Source of the DNA: Curvularia clavata
Lineage: Eukaryota
Assembly: GCA_023920165.1 (NCBI GenBank)
Contig: CP089279.1
Coordinates: forward strand, 2,790,001 to 2,854,000
Direction of reading: 5' to 3'
DNA length: 64,000 nt
In this document: in pieces, positions 23,511-36,755 of the stretch
How the letters are laid out: every line of letters starts with the position of its first letter
How positions within the stretch are numbered: the first letter of the stretch is position 1
The notes under the pieces: model-generated
The model's input: the letters and a program-made list of their open reading frames with translations, nothing else
The model's database searches: none
Told to the model about the DNA's origin: nothing
Translations under genes and position numbers: made by a program

Positions 23511-24373
23511 AATGGATATGAAATGGGCGAGGCTTATGGGTTTCGTTCACTTAGAGATCCAGCAGTCTTATACTTGGTTGCGGAAGATATGTGTTACCTA
23601 AATTCTAGAAGTCTTCAGGAACACTTTCTCCATAGTAATGGTACGCCTGATTGAATTTTTCATATTGGAGCCTGGAACTGGCACAATTATTGGGCGCATT
23701 GGCGGTACGGGATTGGCTGCCAGATATTGAACCTTCCTAATCTATTTATCCTGGGGCTAAGAATAACAAAATGATGGTCCGTGAGGTTGTGCCGCATTGA
23801 CTGTGCGCAGCTTGTTTTGTGTACTAGATTGCGGCGCGAGACAGCACGGAAATGGAAGACTCTATTGGAAATGCCTGGTCTGACAAAAGTCGATGGTATT
23901 ATTGTCAAGCCATGAGAGCCGACATATTCTGTAAAGGAAGGCGGAACAGGGAACATCTCTTCAAATCATATTCAACGCACAGGACATGTTGATGCCTGTG
24001 AGAGGCCAAGGCGGAGCACGGCTAGACGGCGGGATAGTGGGTCATGACATACGAAGTATGCTTTGCGATGAGGATTGTGTACATACACTCACTACTCTTT
24101 TCACCCGTTGAGAGAGAGGCAGGGCCAAGATCTCGGAACAGCTACTTGCGCAGCGTACCAAAGGCGTCGAGTCCTCATTCCGCTTTTTTTTTGGAGTAGA
24201 CACTCTTCTGAAGCGGGGTGCGGCTCTACTTCCGCCCCTATCTGGTCACGTGTGTATCTGGGCTTATCTAACGTGATCTAGGCTTCCAAGAGCTCATTTC
24301 TATGCGTTTTCTAACGGATGTATGCATACTCTGTAATAAGGATATAGACCTATCAGATTGTACCTGAACTATT

Positions 24374-26804
24374 ATGATGAAGCAATCTCGGAGCCGAGGT
24401 GCGTGATCGGGACGCTACTATGGCGAAACCGCAGCTGACCGCAGTCTTGCAGATGGATGTGGAGTGTGCAGGCAGAAGGTGACCAATCTAATATCGATGT
24501 TTGGTGTCCTTCGTGACGCACAAAAGCTGATATAAGCTCTGTCCCAGCGTATAAAATGCGACGAGTCCCGGCCTTGGTGTCGCAATTGCCAAGACCGCAA
24601 TATCGTGTGCCCTGGCTTCGCTCGTCAGCTACGTTGGAAGACACCATCCCTAACATCTAGTACTTTACAGAAGCGCCCTCGCAAAGCACCAGCCAACCAG
24701 CAGTGGTCATGGAGGTTGCTAGACCAGTTCATGCCAGCAACCGCAGAATCCTCGACTGAATTTCTACCCACTTCACAGTCAACGATCGGTTACAATGATG
24801 AACTACAACTTACTTTGCAGAGTTCCCAACCCAGTCCTGATCAATTATCATTACACTCTCCGTCGGATTCAGAAGATATAACCATCATCCACCAGAGCTC
24901 CACTAGTGAAGAAGGAATCGAGCCACGCCATGAAGTAATCGCAGATTCAACAGCAGTCCCGCTAGAACCGGATGCCTTGGAAAGCGTCTCCACAGAGAGG
25001 TCCACAACATGCGAGAATGTCTTTGCCCATGTTGCGACGTCTCCTTCCACCAGTGGATCAGTAAACGAATCATATTTTCATATGTTTGGTTCAAGTGCAC
25101 GCGTGCTTTCCGAGGACATGTCGCCTTCCATACAGGTTTCCCCAGAAGATACCAGCGGCATTGGGGTAGAGCGAAATCCTGACTTGGTGGTTGGTGATAA
25201 CTCTGCTCTCAGGGTAGCGACTGGAGATGGTTGGCTGTGTTGCGCCGAGCGACCATCTGAAGTGGATGCGGATGTCGAGATGATCAATGCAGCAGAAGCA
25301 GTAATGCAGCAATATGCCGAATCCGATACTCTGGAACCAGCGACTCTATCGCGCCAGCCCAACATATGGATTGAAATCGAAACCGAAAATTCTCTAACGG
25401 CCTACTATTTTGACCATATCTGTCGGATCATGTCTTGCTTCGACTCTCGCCAGAATCCTTTTCGCAAGGATATACCACGGATGATGTTGACTTGCGGATA
25501 TATAAACAATTGCATGAATAGTCTATCTGCAGCACATCTGGCGAATTCGGTTTGCGGCATGGATAATATCGCAATTAGACATCAGACAAAGGCAGTCCGA
25601 GGCCTTATGTCAGTGATCCGATCAATGCAGCATCCAAGCCTCCAAAAAGGTACTGTCAACGGCCTCTCACACTTGTCAGCCACGTACACACGGCATCAGG
25701 CGCTGATAGCTGCTCTCCTACTTGAAATCAGCGTGGTAAGACCAAAATCGAATGCTTGATAATGACATGAAACTGAACGACTTTAAGGCATGGCTAGATG
25801 CTTCTGCAACAGGCATAGCTCATCATCATGGGGCAAGGCTGCTTTTCCAGGCGTGGTTAATTGACGAGGGAATTGATGCTGTACCGCAACAACCCTTTCA
25901 ATTAGACCGTGAGCAAAACTTCATTGTAGGCGCAATGGCCTATTTGGAATGCCTAGTATCCATGATTGTTGATCAACCCCTTCAATCACTGGAATATTTA
26001 TCTCGTTTTGCTATATGGGCCCGTGGACAACGAGTGTATCCCAATTCCTGGACGGGTATTAGTACTCCACTCTTCATTTACTTAGCGCAATGCGCGATAC
26101 TCGTCTGACAAAAACGAGCTTCAATATCTCATCCTGGGCAATGCTCCGATATGGATTTAGAAATCACCAGAAGGGCTAGAGCGCTGTACGAAGTTGTGCT
26201 AGCCTACCGACCTCCCTCAGCAACATCAGTGGACGATACACAGGATTCAAGCACGCCAATTGCCCATCTTTTGGTGATGAACACGATATTTCGCTTGGTC
26301 GTCCTGCTCGAGCTTACACGCGTCTTTCCGGAGTTGATCACACACGGTCAATCCATGCGCGAAGTATCGCAGTCACAGTTGGATCTTGCCATCGCCGTTT
26401 TGACTATGGTTGCTGATTTGCCTGAATCATCTGGTGCCAACTTAATGCTGACTATCCCCCTCCTTTCTGCAGGAAGCGCATTGCAGGATATCGAAAGCGT
26501 GCCGAAGGATATCCACCACAGCTATGACCTCAACGCAACCTCGTTTGATGTACTATGTGGTTAGATTACTATATTTAGGCATCATCCTATTGTGATGCAA
26601 ATATGGCGGGAGCAAGTGGTGTCGCGCTCTGAGATATTGTATCGTCGTGTTGGCCTTGCTCTAATGAAATGGATGAAGGCAATCCTTAAAGCAGTTTGGC
26701 ATTGAGCAGACGAAGCGAGTAAGTCTAGTTTACTTGCTTCGGGCACTATGGTCTATTGGATGGACGTCATGATAGAAGAGGGGCTTGAGACGCTGTTTGG
26801 GTAA
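24374..26804 (+). pseudogene. Zn(II)2Cys6 transcription factor with premature stops
   Basis: Spliced N-terminus MMKQSRSRDGCGVCRQKRIKCDESRPWCRNCQDRNIVCPG; YYFDHICRIMSCFDSRQNPFR. In-frame TGA 26106, TAG 26562 and TGA about 26703 precede the natural end WMDVMIEEGLETLFG*. Confidence 0.82.
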
Positions 26805-27865
26805 GAGAAGCTCTTGGCTAGCAGTCTAATAACAGGAGTGAGCTGGCTAGGATCTGGATGGCCTTCTGGCAGCAATCTGGCTTCCTACCTGGGAACTCAC
26901 TAATTAATATAAACATGTCGCATCCTTGAAGAACGAGTTACGAGACAAAAACACCAACCCACTCAGACCCATAAGCTTGTTAGCGAAACGTTCGCTTAAT
27001 CTCGCATGGCTGAGCGCCCAGTCAGGATATGATCTTGCTGAAGGATTTCCGTAAGGATGTGGCTGAGATCCGACAGCAAGACGTTTGCGATAGCCGTGAA
27101 TCTTCCGACTGGACATGCGGGAACGTCAACCAGGATCTCATTTCCAAGTGCTAGGATGGACAGCGAATAGAGTTCCTGGTATCTTGATCCTTTAGCTGTG
27201 GCTTGAACCTTACTGCTTCAAGTAGAATTAGCCTGGTCATTCCTTTTCGAGTGATTGCAGCTCGGCTATTCCTTTTCCAGTGAGCTTAGCCGGACCACCC
27301 GAGTCTCTCGTGGGTGGATCGCATCTGTGTGGGCTAGACGGTTCACACTAGGTACAATAAGCCAGATTCTTGTTCATGGCCATAATGAGCTCTATCGAGA
27401 AGAGCTCCATATGGGCTTCCTCGGAATGACTGCATCGAAGTTGACGATCTTAGGTTTCGAATGCAAACCAGCGTCTGGTCTCAGAGACCTTGTTATTAAA
27501 AACGCACTTCTCATATGCTTCCGAGGCTCAACAACTACGTAAGGAACGCACATGCGCGTGAGACTATCGGTGCTATACTGGAAACTATGGCACAAGGTTT
27601 TGGCTATGCATTGTCACCAACCTACTATGCATACAAGTGGATATGGAAGTAGAGAGCCTCAGAAAACGTTCCGATAAGATCTACTCAAGCTGAGTGGCCT
27701 AATTGAGCATGATCTAGTAAATCCCACTATCCTTCAAGGCAAATAAACCAAAGCACCGGTATTAGAGAACACTGCTTAACATGTATCAACAATTACCAAA
27801 CAGTATCAGTTCTTCCGTAGTCGGATTGTCAGGTGATACAAACACAGCCAGTGTTATTCCAAAGT

Positions 27866-28331
27866 TCACAGTTTTCCTTTAGGTCTCGCAGCACATTTGA
27901 AGCAAACCCCATAATCATCAGAGGAAAATAGAATATTGCTGCCCCGGTGAATGAAGAAGCTCTCTCCAGGGCCCAGTCTTCTTTCGGTTCCCGTTTCATC
28001 ACGCAAGGTGACTGTGCCTGAACGAAGTCAGTTTACATTACGATGGAGTGTCGGTTGAAGAACTTCGAATACCTTCGTACACAATACCACTTTCGTCGTA
28101 GCCATAAACCCCAGGTCCAACCGGCGGGCCCCCTTCTCTATCCGGAACCAAATACCGGCCAAAGGATTCTCAATGCCCTCTCCCTCTGTGTTGAATATAT
28201 CATCTATGACGGAACAGTTAAACAAATGAAAGAAACGCAATTGCGCAAGAGTACTAATCAAAGAAAACATATTTGTTGATTTGATTGGTAAGCTTGTATC
28301 GCTCGGCGGCAGATTTGTATTCGACAGGCAT
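27866..28331 (-). pseudogene. EutQ-like cupin, disrupted
   Basis: Reconstruction MPVEYKSAAERYKLTNQINKYVFFDDIFNTEG..NPLAGIWFRIEKG/PPVGPGVYGYDESGIVYEGTVTLRDETGTERRLGPGESFFIHRGSNILFSSDDYGVCFKCAARPKGKL*. First donor reads ATTAGT instead of GT; frameshift in a G run about 28130; intron 2 at 28072-28018. Confidence 0.72.
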
Positions 28332-28726
28332 ATTCACAGACAGTTTCACCCTGTGCACGGCTGATCATCCAATGTGAATATGGAAACTCATCGTGTTGTG
28401 AACAGAATGGTTACTTATTAATATTAAGGCCCCTGATCGAGTTGCTGTAGTAGAGATCTAGACTCAAAGCAGCATACGCTGGCTAATGTTCCCTGACGAG
28501 GCAACTCCAGGCATCGCTTATAGGTCTACGCCCCGCCAAAGTTTATGTTCATGCTACGCGATGAATATTTTCAAGGTAGATGCGAAGTCGAGCATACACT
28601 GTTAGGGTCATGGCGCTTCAGAGACGGCTATCACGGCAGCCTTGACTTGACCAGGCATTTTCATTGCTACCGAGGTTTAAGCGCAGATCACGTATTTGAT
28701 TTTAGCTAACCGCAACTGTAATGCTG

Positions 28727-30423
28727 CTACAACTTGGCATCTAAAACACCATCTTCTTGGTCAAGAGCGAGCTTAGTCACCATTGCTGCCCGAGCACCTT
28801 GTTCAATGGCACCATCGATGAAACCCCTCCAGCCTTGTGCCCAGTCTGCGCTTCCCATAAACACACGGCCGTGTGGCTCCTGAAGTACCTTCAAGTTTTT
28901 TGTTGCCCATCCTGGGGCGGCTGCAAACCATGCACCCTTTGTAAATGGATCATTAGACCAACTGTGCAATACGTATCCGCGCACATTCTTATCTAGCTAA
29001 AGCTTCTTAAATTCAGCAATGACCTCGTCACTTTTTATTGGATCTTGAAGCTTTCCACTTTGCCCAAATATCATCGCGTAGGTCCCAGCTTGAGCTGCAG
29101 ATTGTGTACCTACACTCGTTAGTCGCAAGGTTCAACGCTCCGTGCAGAAACTTGGACATACCGTCATGGTCTTTCAGACTAAAAAGGAAACCGCAGTTTT
29201 TGGAATCGGAAGTGTTTGCGAACCAATTTTCTTAAACCTCGTTCATTGAGAATAGATATTTCTCTCTTTGATTGATATGACCTTCCTGAGCTGCTTTCTG
29301 CTTAACAAGGGATAGCGGTGGATCAAATGTGATGTCGGTGAGGCAATTGAGGGGGATGGTGCATATAGCTCGCCGTGCGCGATAGGTAGACCCATCCGTA
29401 CAAGTGATGAGAACCCGCGAATCTTGGTTCTGTTTCACAGAGCTAACGACCTTGTTAAATGCTCTGTCTCCTTGATACTCCGCTAGTATGTGACGACACA
29501 TGTTTGTTATACCTCCGCCGCCTAATTTGAAGCCACCTACTGCGTCGTACATCGTCGCGAAGCTATAGCCACCAACAGCATACCATCTCAATGCATCTGT
29601 CCATGCCAAGTCACGGGCAGTCGAACTTCCAAAGGAGTTTGGATATAGGACGAAAAGATCTTTGTCTTCTCGCAGCAAATCCAGCTAATCAAGTCAGTCC
29701 TGACAACTCAGATAGTCATATCTATGCCAGGGTTGGACTCGTAGCGGCTCGTGCGGGTAGGACATCAGTTGGCGGGGGGTCATGCCATCAATGCTGAAGA
29801 ACTCCTCGGCGATATGCGCAAGCTTCGCGTTGTACTCAGCGACATTGCCTATTCTTCTCACACTGCCTCCTTCTGATTTGTTAAGTACGTAATCCATATC
29901 CGTTGTCCCCGCTACCGATTTGAGGTGTCTCTCTAAACCATGTCGATGCATCTCAGCGTAAACGTGAGGTTAATGCCTAACACCATGAGTTAGTTCAGGA
30001 CTATAACATGCTTTGTGGCATCAGTAATCACCAATGTACAAATATACCACCCATTTCAAGATCCTCTCCCCATGCTTTCGCTATCCATGTTCGACCTCCG
30101 ATTCGATCGCGAGCTTCTAGTAGCAGCACACGCAGGTCGCGATTCAAGGCCAGGTCACGAGCGGCAATCAAACCACAGAATCCACTTCCAATAACGATCA
30201 CATCGTAACTGTTTCTAGGAGGGGTCAGTATCAGATGCTACCCGAACTAGAAATCGATAGAATTTGAGTGGGGAAATAATCACGCAGAACAGTTCTAGAG
30301 AGATGCCTTCTTGAAGAAATCGTTTTACCTTATTTTTGGTGTGTTCAACACGACCGCATCTGTTCTCAGGCCCTTCGATAGCCCTGAACCGTCGTATCTG
30401 TAACCCTCTCTTGTGTGCGACAT
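28727..30423 (-). pseudogene. Flavin-containing amine oxidase (MAO-N-like) with multiple nonsense mutations
   Basis: YDVIVIGSGFCGLIAARDL..LLLEARDRIGGRTW; W.*PHVYAE; WSNDPFTKGAW; SADWAQGWRGFIDGAIEQG; C-terminal AKL. In-frame stops at 29970, 29694, 29685, 29232, 28997. Confidence 0.9.
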
Positions 30424-30898
30424 TATCTTAATTGAAAAGAACTATAACGAATTGTTGGTGCTGTGATGATTGGAATATCAAGCTTCGTTGGATTGGGATC
30501 ATTGTTATTGGTTCCACAAAGGCAATTTTGGCCTTATCAGGAATAGACTATCTTGTCGACAAGAGTTCTGAACCATTGGAGCAGCACCACTGGACCCCTG
30601 GAAACTCCGTTTGTGGTAATCTCTGCCGGGGCCCGTGCACTGTACCCTGTCAACCCCGAGGCTTCTCCAAGTGCAACACTGGCGAGAGCGGTGCGGGGCT
30701 ATCTACTAGTCACTATCGAGACGCGGAAAGATTCCGAAATGCATGCGTATTTTGATACTACGATAAGCCACAGCTAGCTCTTGAAAGGTGGAGTTGATAA
30801 GATATGCGCATGTACAACATAGCCCATGTGCCCAGTTCTCTGTAGTATCATCTCTCGGTCCAAAGGTTGACCAAACGCCAATTATCTTCAAATCGAAC

Positions 30899-32865
30899 AT
30901 GTCAGAGAATACCAGATCAATCAACTTAGCTCATAATGAGAGCGAGTACAAAGGCTTTCAACCATCCGTCGCTGCGGAAAAACCGCTGGCAAAGCTAACA
31001 CCCTATTCCAGTAAGCCAAACACATGATCCTTCATATGCGCTATGAGAAATGTTGGCTGACTGCAACAACCCGAAGGTCAAACACATTCAGCGAGACCGG
31101 GCGACGAGGAATCATGTCACGAAGGCTACGTCTCGGAAAGCATGCGCCATATCAGCATGCTCGATATTGCATCAGTAGGATGGAGCATTTGCAACAGTTG
31201 GGTTGGGGTTATTGCAACACTGGCATTCAACATTAGTAATGGGGGTTCACCCGGCCTTCTCTATGGACTCTGGATTGTTTTTGTTATGTACGGCTGTATC
31301 GTGTACACTTTGGCAGAGCTAAGCCGGGTTTATCCTTCAGCAGGTGGCCAGTAAGTCACGCATGTCTGGGAGGCAAATATGACTTATTGTTGACTAGATA
31401 AACAGGTATCATTGGACTGCAATATTGGCGCCGAAATGGTGCGCTCGTGTAGCAGTAAGACTCTTCGCATAACCCTTCAAGCTCTTGCTTTTTTGAACTT
31501 GTTAGTAACGGTTTCCAGAGTTACGCATGCGGCATGATCAATATATTTGCTTGGGCAGCGCTCTCAGCTGGTGTGGCAATCATTGTACCACAAGTACTCT
31601 TGGCCATTGTCATTAACTACAATCCTTCCTACGAGCTTCAGCGGTGGCATGTGTTTCTCATATACCAAGCCGTGAGTCTATTGTGCTTACTGCACAACAT
31701 CTTCACTATCCGGAGAACGATGTGGTTGTTCCAGTGTATCTGCAAGTATTCCCAGGACAAGAGAAAATGTGAGCATCAAGCTAACACTGTGTGCATAGTC
31801 GCATTATCTATTGTCGTCTTCCTGGTATCCACAATAACCTCTCTGGTACGAGCACCTCATTTCCAGTCGAGCAAAGCTGTTTGGGTTACATTTGTCGATT
31901 TGAGTGGATGGAACAACACAGGCGTCGTATTCTTGATTGGGCTTCTTACTCCAGGTTACATGTACGCTGGAATAGATGGAGCTGTTCATCTTGCAGAGGA
32001 AGCCACCAACGCTCGAGAGGCCGTTCCCAGGGCTCTTTTGTCAACCTGGATTGTAGGATTCGTTACATCATTTGTCGTAGCGGTTGCATGCATGTACTCT
32101 GCTCAAGACTTTACTGCAGTTGCTACATCAAGGACAGGGTAAGTATCTCATCCATTGGATCAACAGGAATGTGCTGATGTTGGTGAAGCTTTCCGATCTT
32201 TGAGCTTTGGCGCCAAGCCACCCGTTCTGAGGCTGCAGCAACTGCATTCTTGGTCTATGTACTTGTAGCTGGGTTCATGGCTCTCGCAGGGTGTCAGCAA
32301 ACTGCCTCGCGCCTGACGTGGTCGTTCGCGCGCGACTCCGGTTTGATCGCCTCCTCCAAAATCTGCCGCATAGACGGCCGTTGGAAGGCTCCCATTTGGG
32401 CTCTGTGTGCTAACGGATTCGTGATTTTTCTTATTGGATGCATCTACCTTGGGTCCTCAACTGCCTTTAACGCATTCATCGGCACGGGCCTCATCCTTCA
32501 GCTCATCACCTTTGCATTCCCCGCAGTGATACTCCTAGCCAGGGGCCGACCAGCTCGATTCTTACCAAGCACCCGAACTTATGGGCTGCCAAGCGCATTT
32601 GGATGGATTGCCAACTTCTTCACTATTGCATTTGCTCTTCTCTGCTTCATATTCTATAACATGCCTGCTGTAAGGCCAGTAAACGCGCAGAATATGAGTA
32701 CGTTTTCGCATCCTCTCATCTCAAGAATTAGAAGTCTCTAACTACAGTGCAGATTATTCACTAGCTGTTATTGGAGCGATGGGTATTTTTGTATTAGTGA
32801 ATTGGTTTGTGCACGCTAGGAAACATTATCATGGGCCGCAGGTAGAATCTCTTCTGTCATTGTAG
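30899..32865 (+). CDS. APC-family amino acid / choline / GABA permease
   Basis: ICNSW, NGGSPGLLYG, LAELSRVYPSAGGQYHW, GIDGAVHLAEE..NAREAVP, ASRLTWSFARD, IYLGSSTAFNA; about 6 introns; no stop found in my exon model. Confidence 0.88.
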
Positions 32866-33148
32866 TTACATGAGCGACTACCTGCAGATCAATTAACTAA
32901 CTTAACCAAGCCTAAGTCTAAGTATAAGCTTATGCATGTTTCATGCTAGTTCTATAGCCGTTTTTTCATGTTATTGTTTTAACGTATGCTTGCTTGGGGC
33001 CTGGTTTTGCGCTAGTGCGTTTAGTAACATTTCGACTCATCGTGGCTCATCTTGACTCCTGTTGCCCTAATACTCCTTATATAATCATCAAAGAGGTGTG
33101 AAAACATCAATTCCTTCGCATCCTGTTCCTTGCGATTGCTATACTAGA

Positions 33149-34420
33149 ATGGCCGGAAAGACCGATTATCACGCCCTCGTTATTGGCGCATCCGGTCTCA
33201 TTGGCTGGTCTGTGGTCAACCAGCTCCTGCAACCGTATCCAACGCCCTCGCCATTTTCCAAGGTCACTGCCCTCGTGAACAGGCCGTTGGCTTTGGAAGA
33301 CACCTTTTGGCCCAAACAAACATCAAGTCATCCCCAGTTATCTCTAGCCGCTGGCGTCGACTTGCTTTGCAGCGATGAAGAATTTGAAGAGAGGTTGCGA
33401 GAGAAAGTGTCAGATGTGGATACAATCACCCACGTTTATTATTTTGGTAAGCAAAATACAGATATATGTGATTTTTTGAACCCACAACTCACTCCGACAG
33501 TATTCAAAGAAGTTAAAGACCAAAAAGCCGAAGTTGAAGTAAATGTGGGGATGATGCGACGTGTCGTACGCGCAGTGAAGAAAGCCTCGCCTTCATTCCA
33601 ATTCTTCGTGTATCCAGGCGGGACAAGGGTAGGCTTAGACAATCTGTGTTTATTTCATCAGCATGACTGAGAAAAACAGGGCTACGGCATCTACCGACCG
33701 GACGGCATATTTAGCGCACCTTTAGTGGAAGAACTGGCCGACCAACTTCCTTCGGATTACGCAAAAACGGTATCCTACCCACACTACCGTGCTATGCTTA
33801 CTGAAGAATGTGCGCAAGAATCCTGGTCGTAGTGCGAACTATGTCCAGACGCTATCATTGGCTTTACACCAAATGGGTCGGGATATTCCCTTGCAGGTCA
33901 CTGGGCTGTATATCTCTACGCTTACAAGCTCGTTCACGGAGAAGGTGCAGAGGTACCATTTCCGGGTGTGCAAGCTGGGTATGATGCCTTGTATTCTGAG
34001 ACGAGTGCGACAACCCTAGCTCGAGCGGGGATCTTTGCCTCTCTACACCCAGAGCAGTTCAAAGGAAGGATATTTAATGTGGCAGACAGTGCAACACCCA
34101 GCTCAATGCGCGAGCGCTGGCCACAAATTGCGAGCTGGTTTGGCCTTGTGGGAGTCGCACCCTCAAGCTCCGCAAGTGTCAATGATCCGAAGCCAAGCGA
34201 CTTCATCCAAGCCCACCATGGGAGGCTACAGGAGGCCGGAGCGAAAGGCGTGGCTATCTGGAATGCCTCACAACTGGACAGTTATGGCTATTGGCTGACC
34301 TTTGACCGGCAACTGAGTCTAAAACGCCTCAGAGATGCTGGGTTTGACGAAGAGCGAAGACCGGAGGATGGGTGGTGGGAAGCATTTGATCTCTTCAAGA
34401 AGGCGGGAATGATCGGGTGA
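33149..34420 (+). pseudogene. SirQ-like / PRISE-family atypical short-chain reductase with one premature stop
   Basis: HALVIGASGLIGWSVVNQL, ITHVYYF, PGGTRGYG, WS*CELCPDAIIGFTPNG. TAG at 33830-33832 sits where TGG (Trp) is expected. Two introns. Confidence 0.8.
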
Positions 34421-34944
34421 CGTATTGCGGATTGCGATCGATGGTCAACGAAAAGTTATAACAATGACTAAAAAATAGACAGAATTTGCTTAGCGGTAGG
34501 TGCTGCGTGATTGAACTTCACCATTCTCTTTGCAACCGAATATGGTGTCTAGTGGGAATGGCTCAAGGTTTGGACTTTATTGCACACTTTTCGCCCATTG
34601 TTCTTCTACTCTCTCTTTCACATGTCCACAGTAAATAAAATTCTTGGATTGAGCCTTGTGTTGTTTGCTTCTCCAATGGATCATATGGATGACACTAAGA
34701 GGATGGTCACGACCTGCTCGCGTGCTTTGACGATGACGATGAAGTGTCCATTTCAGCATGCACGACATGGAGTTGGGGAATTTGCTGGTACACCTTCGTA
34801 TGGCAAGGATGATTATAATTGATATTTACGTGGCCCATCGATTGTAGGATGATTACCTAATCTTAGCCCAATTGCACTCTATATACACAGAAGTAGATTT
34901 TGACCGGCTGGTTACCGGTTTTTGAAGATGCATATATCTCACAT

Positions 34945-36755
34945 CTAAGCACGGCACATACGTCCGTCTTTGGCAACATTCCAAGCCTCGCTACCAACAC
35001 CCTTGAGGATGTAGAAGACGTCTTTGGGGTCATACTTCTTCTTGATAGCCAAGAGCTTCTCATAGTTCTCGCCAAAGAAGGTACGTTGCCAGTTCGGCTG
35101 CTGGAAATCGGCCTCGTTCATATACGAACCACTGCCTGGTGTAATGGCTTCAAGCTTGGGCATAAAGACGTTAGTCATCTTTTGCTGATCAGCCTCCATG
35201 GTAGCCCAAGGGGCGGTGGAGTTCCAGTTTGTGATAAGCTGTTGCTGAATCATGGTGTTCCTCCATGCTGGCAGGACACCGTTCTCAGCGGCTCCAGCGG
35301 GCTTTTGGTAGTTAGCTGTGCTACCTGCAAGCAGGACACCGCCGGCAATAAGTTCCTGGTAGACCTTGACAAGCTCGGCAGTGTTGTTTTCCACGACAGT
35401 GCGGGGAATAAGACGGCCACCAAACTGATATCTGTTGACCTCATATGCTCCACGTGGAAGAGGACCCATGTAACGATCGAAGTGATCGCGGTAAGAGAGC
35501 TCGCTGTACACGATTGGGGGTGTGATTCCAAGGTCTGTAAGAGCTTTGGCGAAAGGTGCAAGGACAACGTCTTTGACGTAAGCCGCTGATGAGTCCCAAA
35601 CAGTGACGGGCTTAAGCACGATGTACTGTGTGGAGATCAAGAAAACAACCATGGCACCAGCATCAATCATCCCTGGCAGGGACTCGATAAGCTTGGAGGT
35701 TGCCGCAGCAAACTTCTCAGGAGTGGTAGATGATGCCAGGAGCTGCATAGCAGCACCACCGACCTGCTTGGCAGGGTATGCTCGTACAGTAATTGAAAGA
35801 ACAACGGCGTAGGTGCCACCTCCGCCTCCGCTAAGCGCCCAGTAGAGGTCACTGTTCTGGGTTGCAGAGGCAGTGAGCTTCTGGCCTTCAGCAGTGACAA
35901 CCTGCAACACGTACATGGTTAGTGATATTTCTGACTATTCGCAACACAGGGCTTCGTACCTCGAAAGAGAGAGTCTGGTCAGCACCAAGACCGAAGGCAG
36001 TGCTAAGGACACTGTGGCCACCGCCTTGAGTGAAGCCACCGGCAAGACCAACTGTAGCACACTCGCCAGAAACAACTGTCATGCCTTGTTTGTTTGCCGT
36101 CTCGAGCAATTCGTTACCCATGACTCCCGCACCAACAGTTACCGATGGGCCGGTGTAGTATTGATCCGACCAGTTACCAAAGGTAACGCTCTTGAGGCCT
36201 TGCGTCCAGATAGCAAGAGCGCCGGCTCCAGTAGACCGTCCGAGAAAGTCATGGCCAGTGTTGCGAACCACGACACGGATGTTGTTAGATTTGGCGAACT
36301 GAAGAGCAGAGATGACATCCTCTGCCCCTGAGGCTTTGACCGAGTACGAGACGTAGTTCCCGAGAGTACAAGGAATGGTCCTATCGGAGAACGGGTCGCA
36401 GCTCTGATTGGCGAAGTAGGATTGCATGATGGAGTGGGAGGACGGGGTGCTGCCAAGAGTTTCAGAACTCTATTCATGAAGTGTGTAAATAGAACTCCTT
36501 TACTTACTGTGTGAGAGGATTCAGCCATTGTGCCTTGAGTGCGTCGCAAGCACCTGCGTCGTATGTAGGATCGTGACAAGGTGACCCGATAGGCACAGTA
36601 GCCACGAGATTACCATTCACTGTCGAGTTCAACGTGGACCATGCCTGCGCGTTTGGCCACTCAGGATCGCTTGGCAGACGGTAGCATGCCTTAGCATTTC
36701 CAAGACCAGTAAGAAGTAGTGCCCCAAGAAGGGGTGCGTTGTCCACGAGCCTCAT
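34945..36755 (-). CDS. Secreted FAD-linked oxidase (VAO / berberine-bridge-enzyme-like)
   Basis: Signal peptide; VRNTGHDFLGRSTG, GECATVGLAGGFTQGGGHS, DLYWALSGGGGGTY, GSYMNEAD, KKKYDPKDVFY; two introns. Confidence 0.92.
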
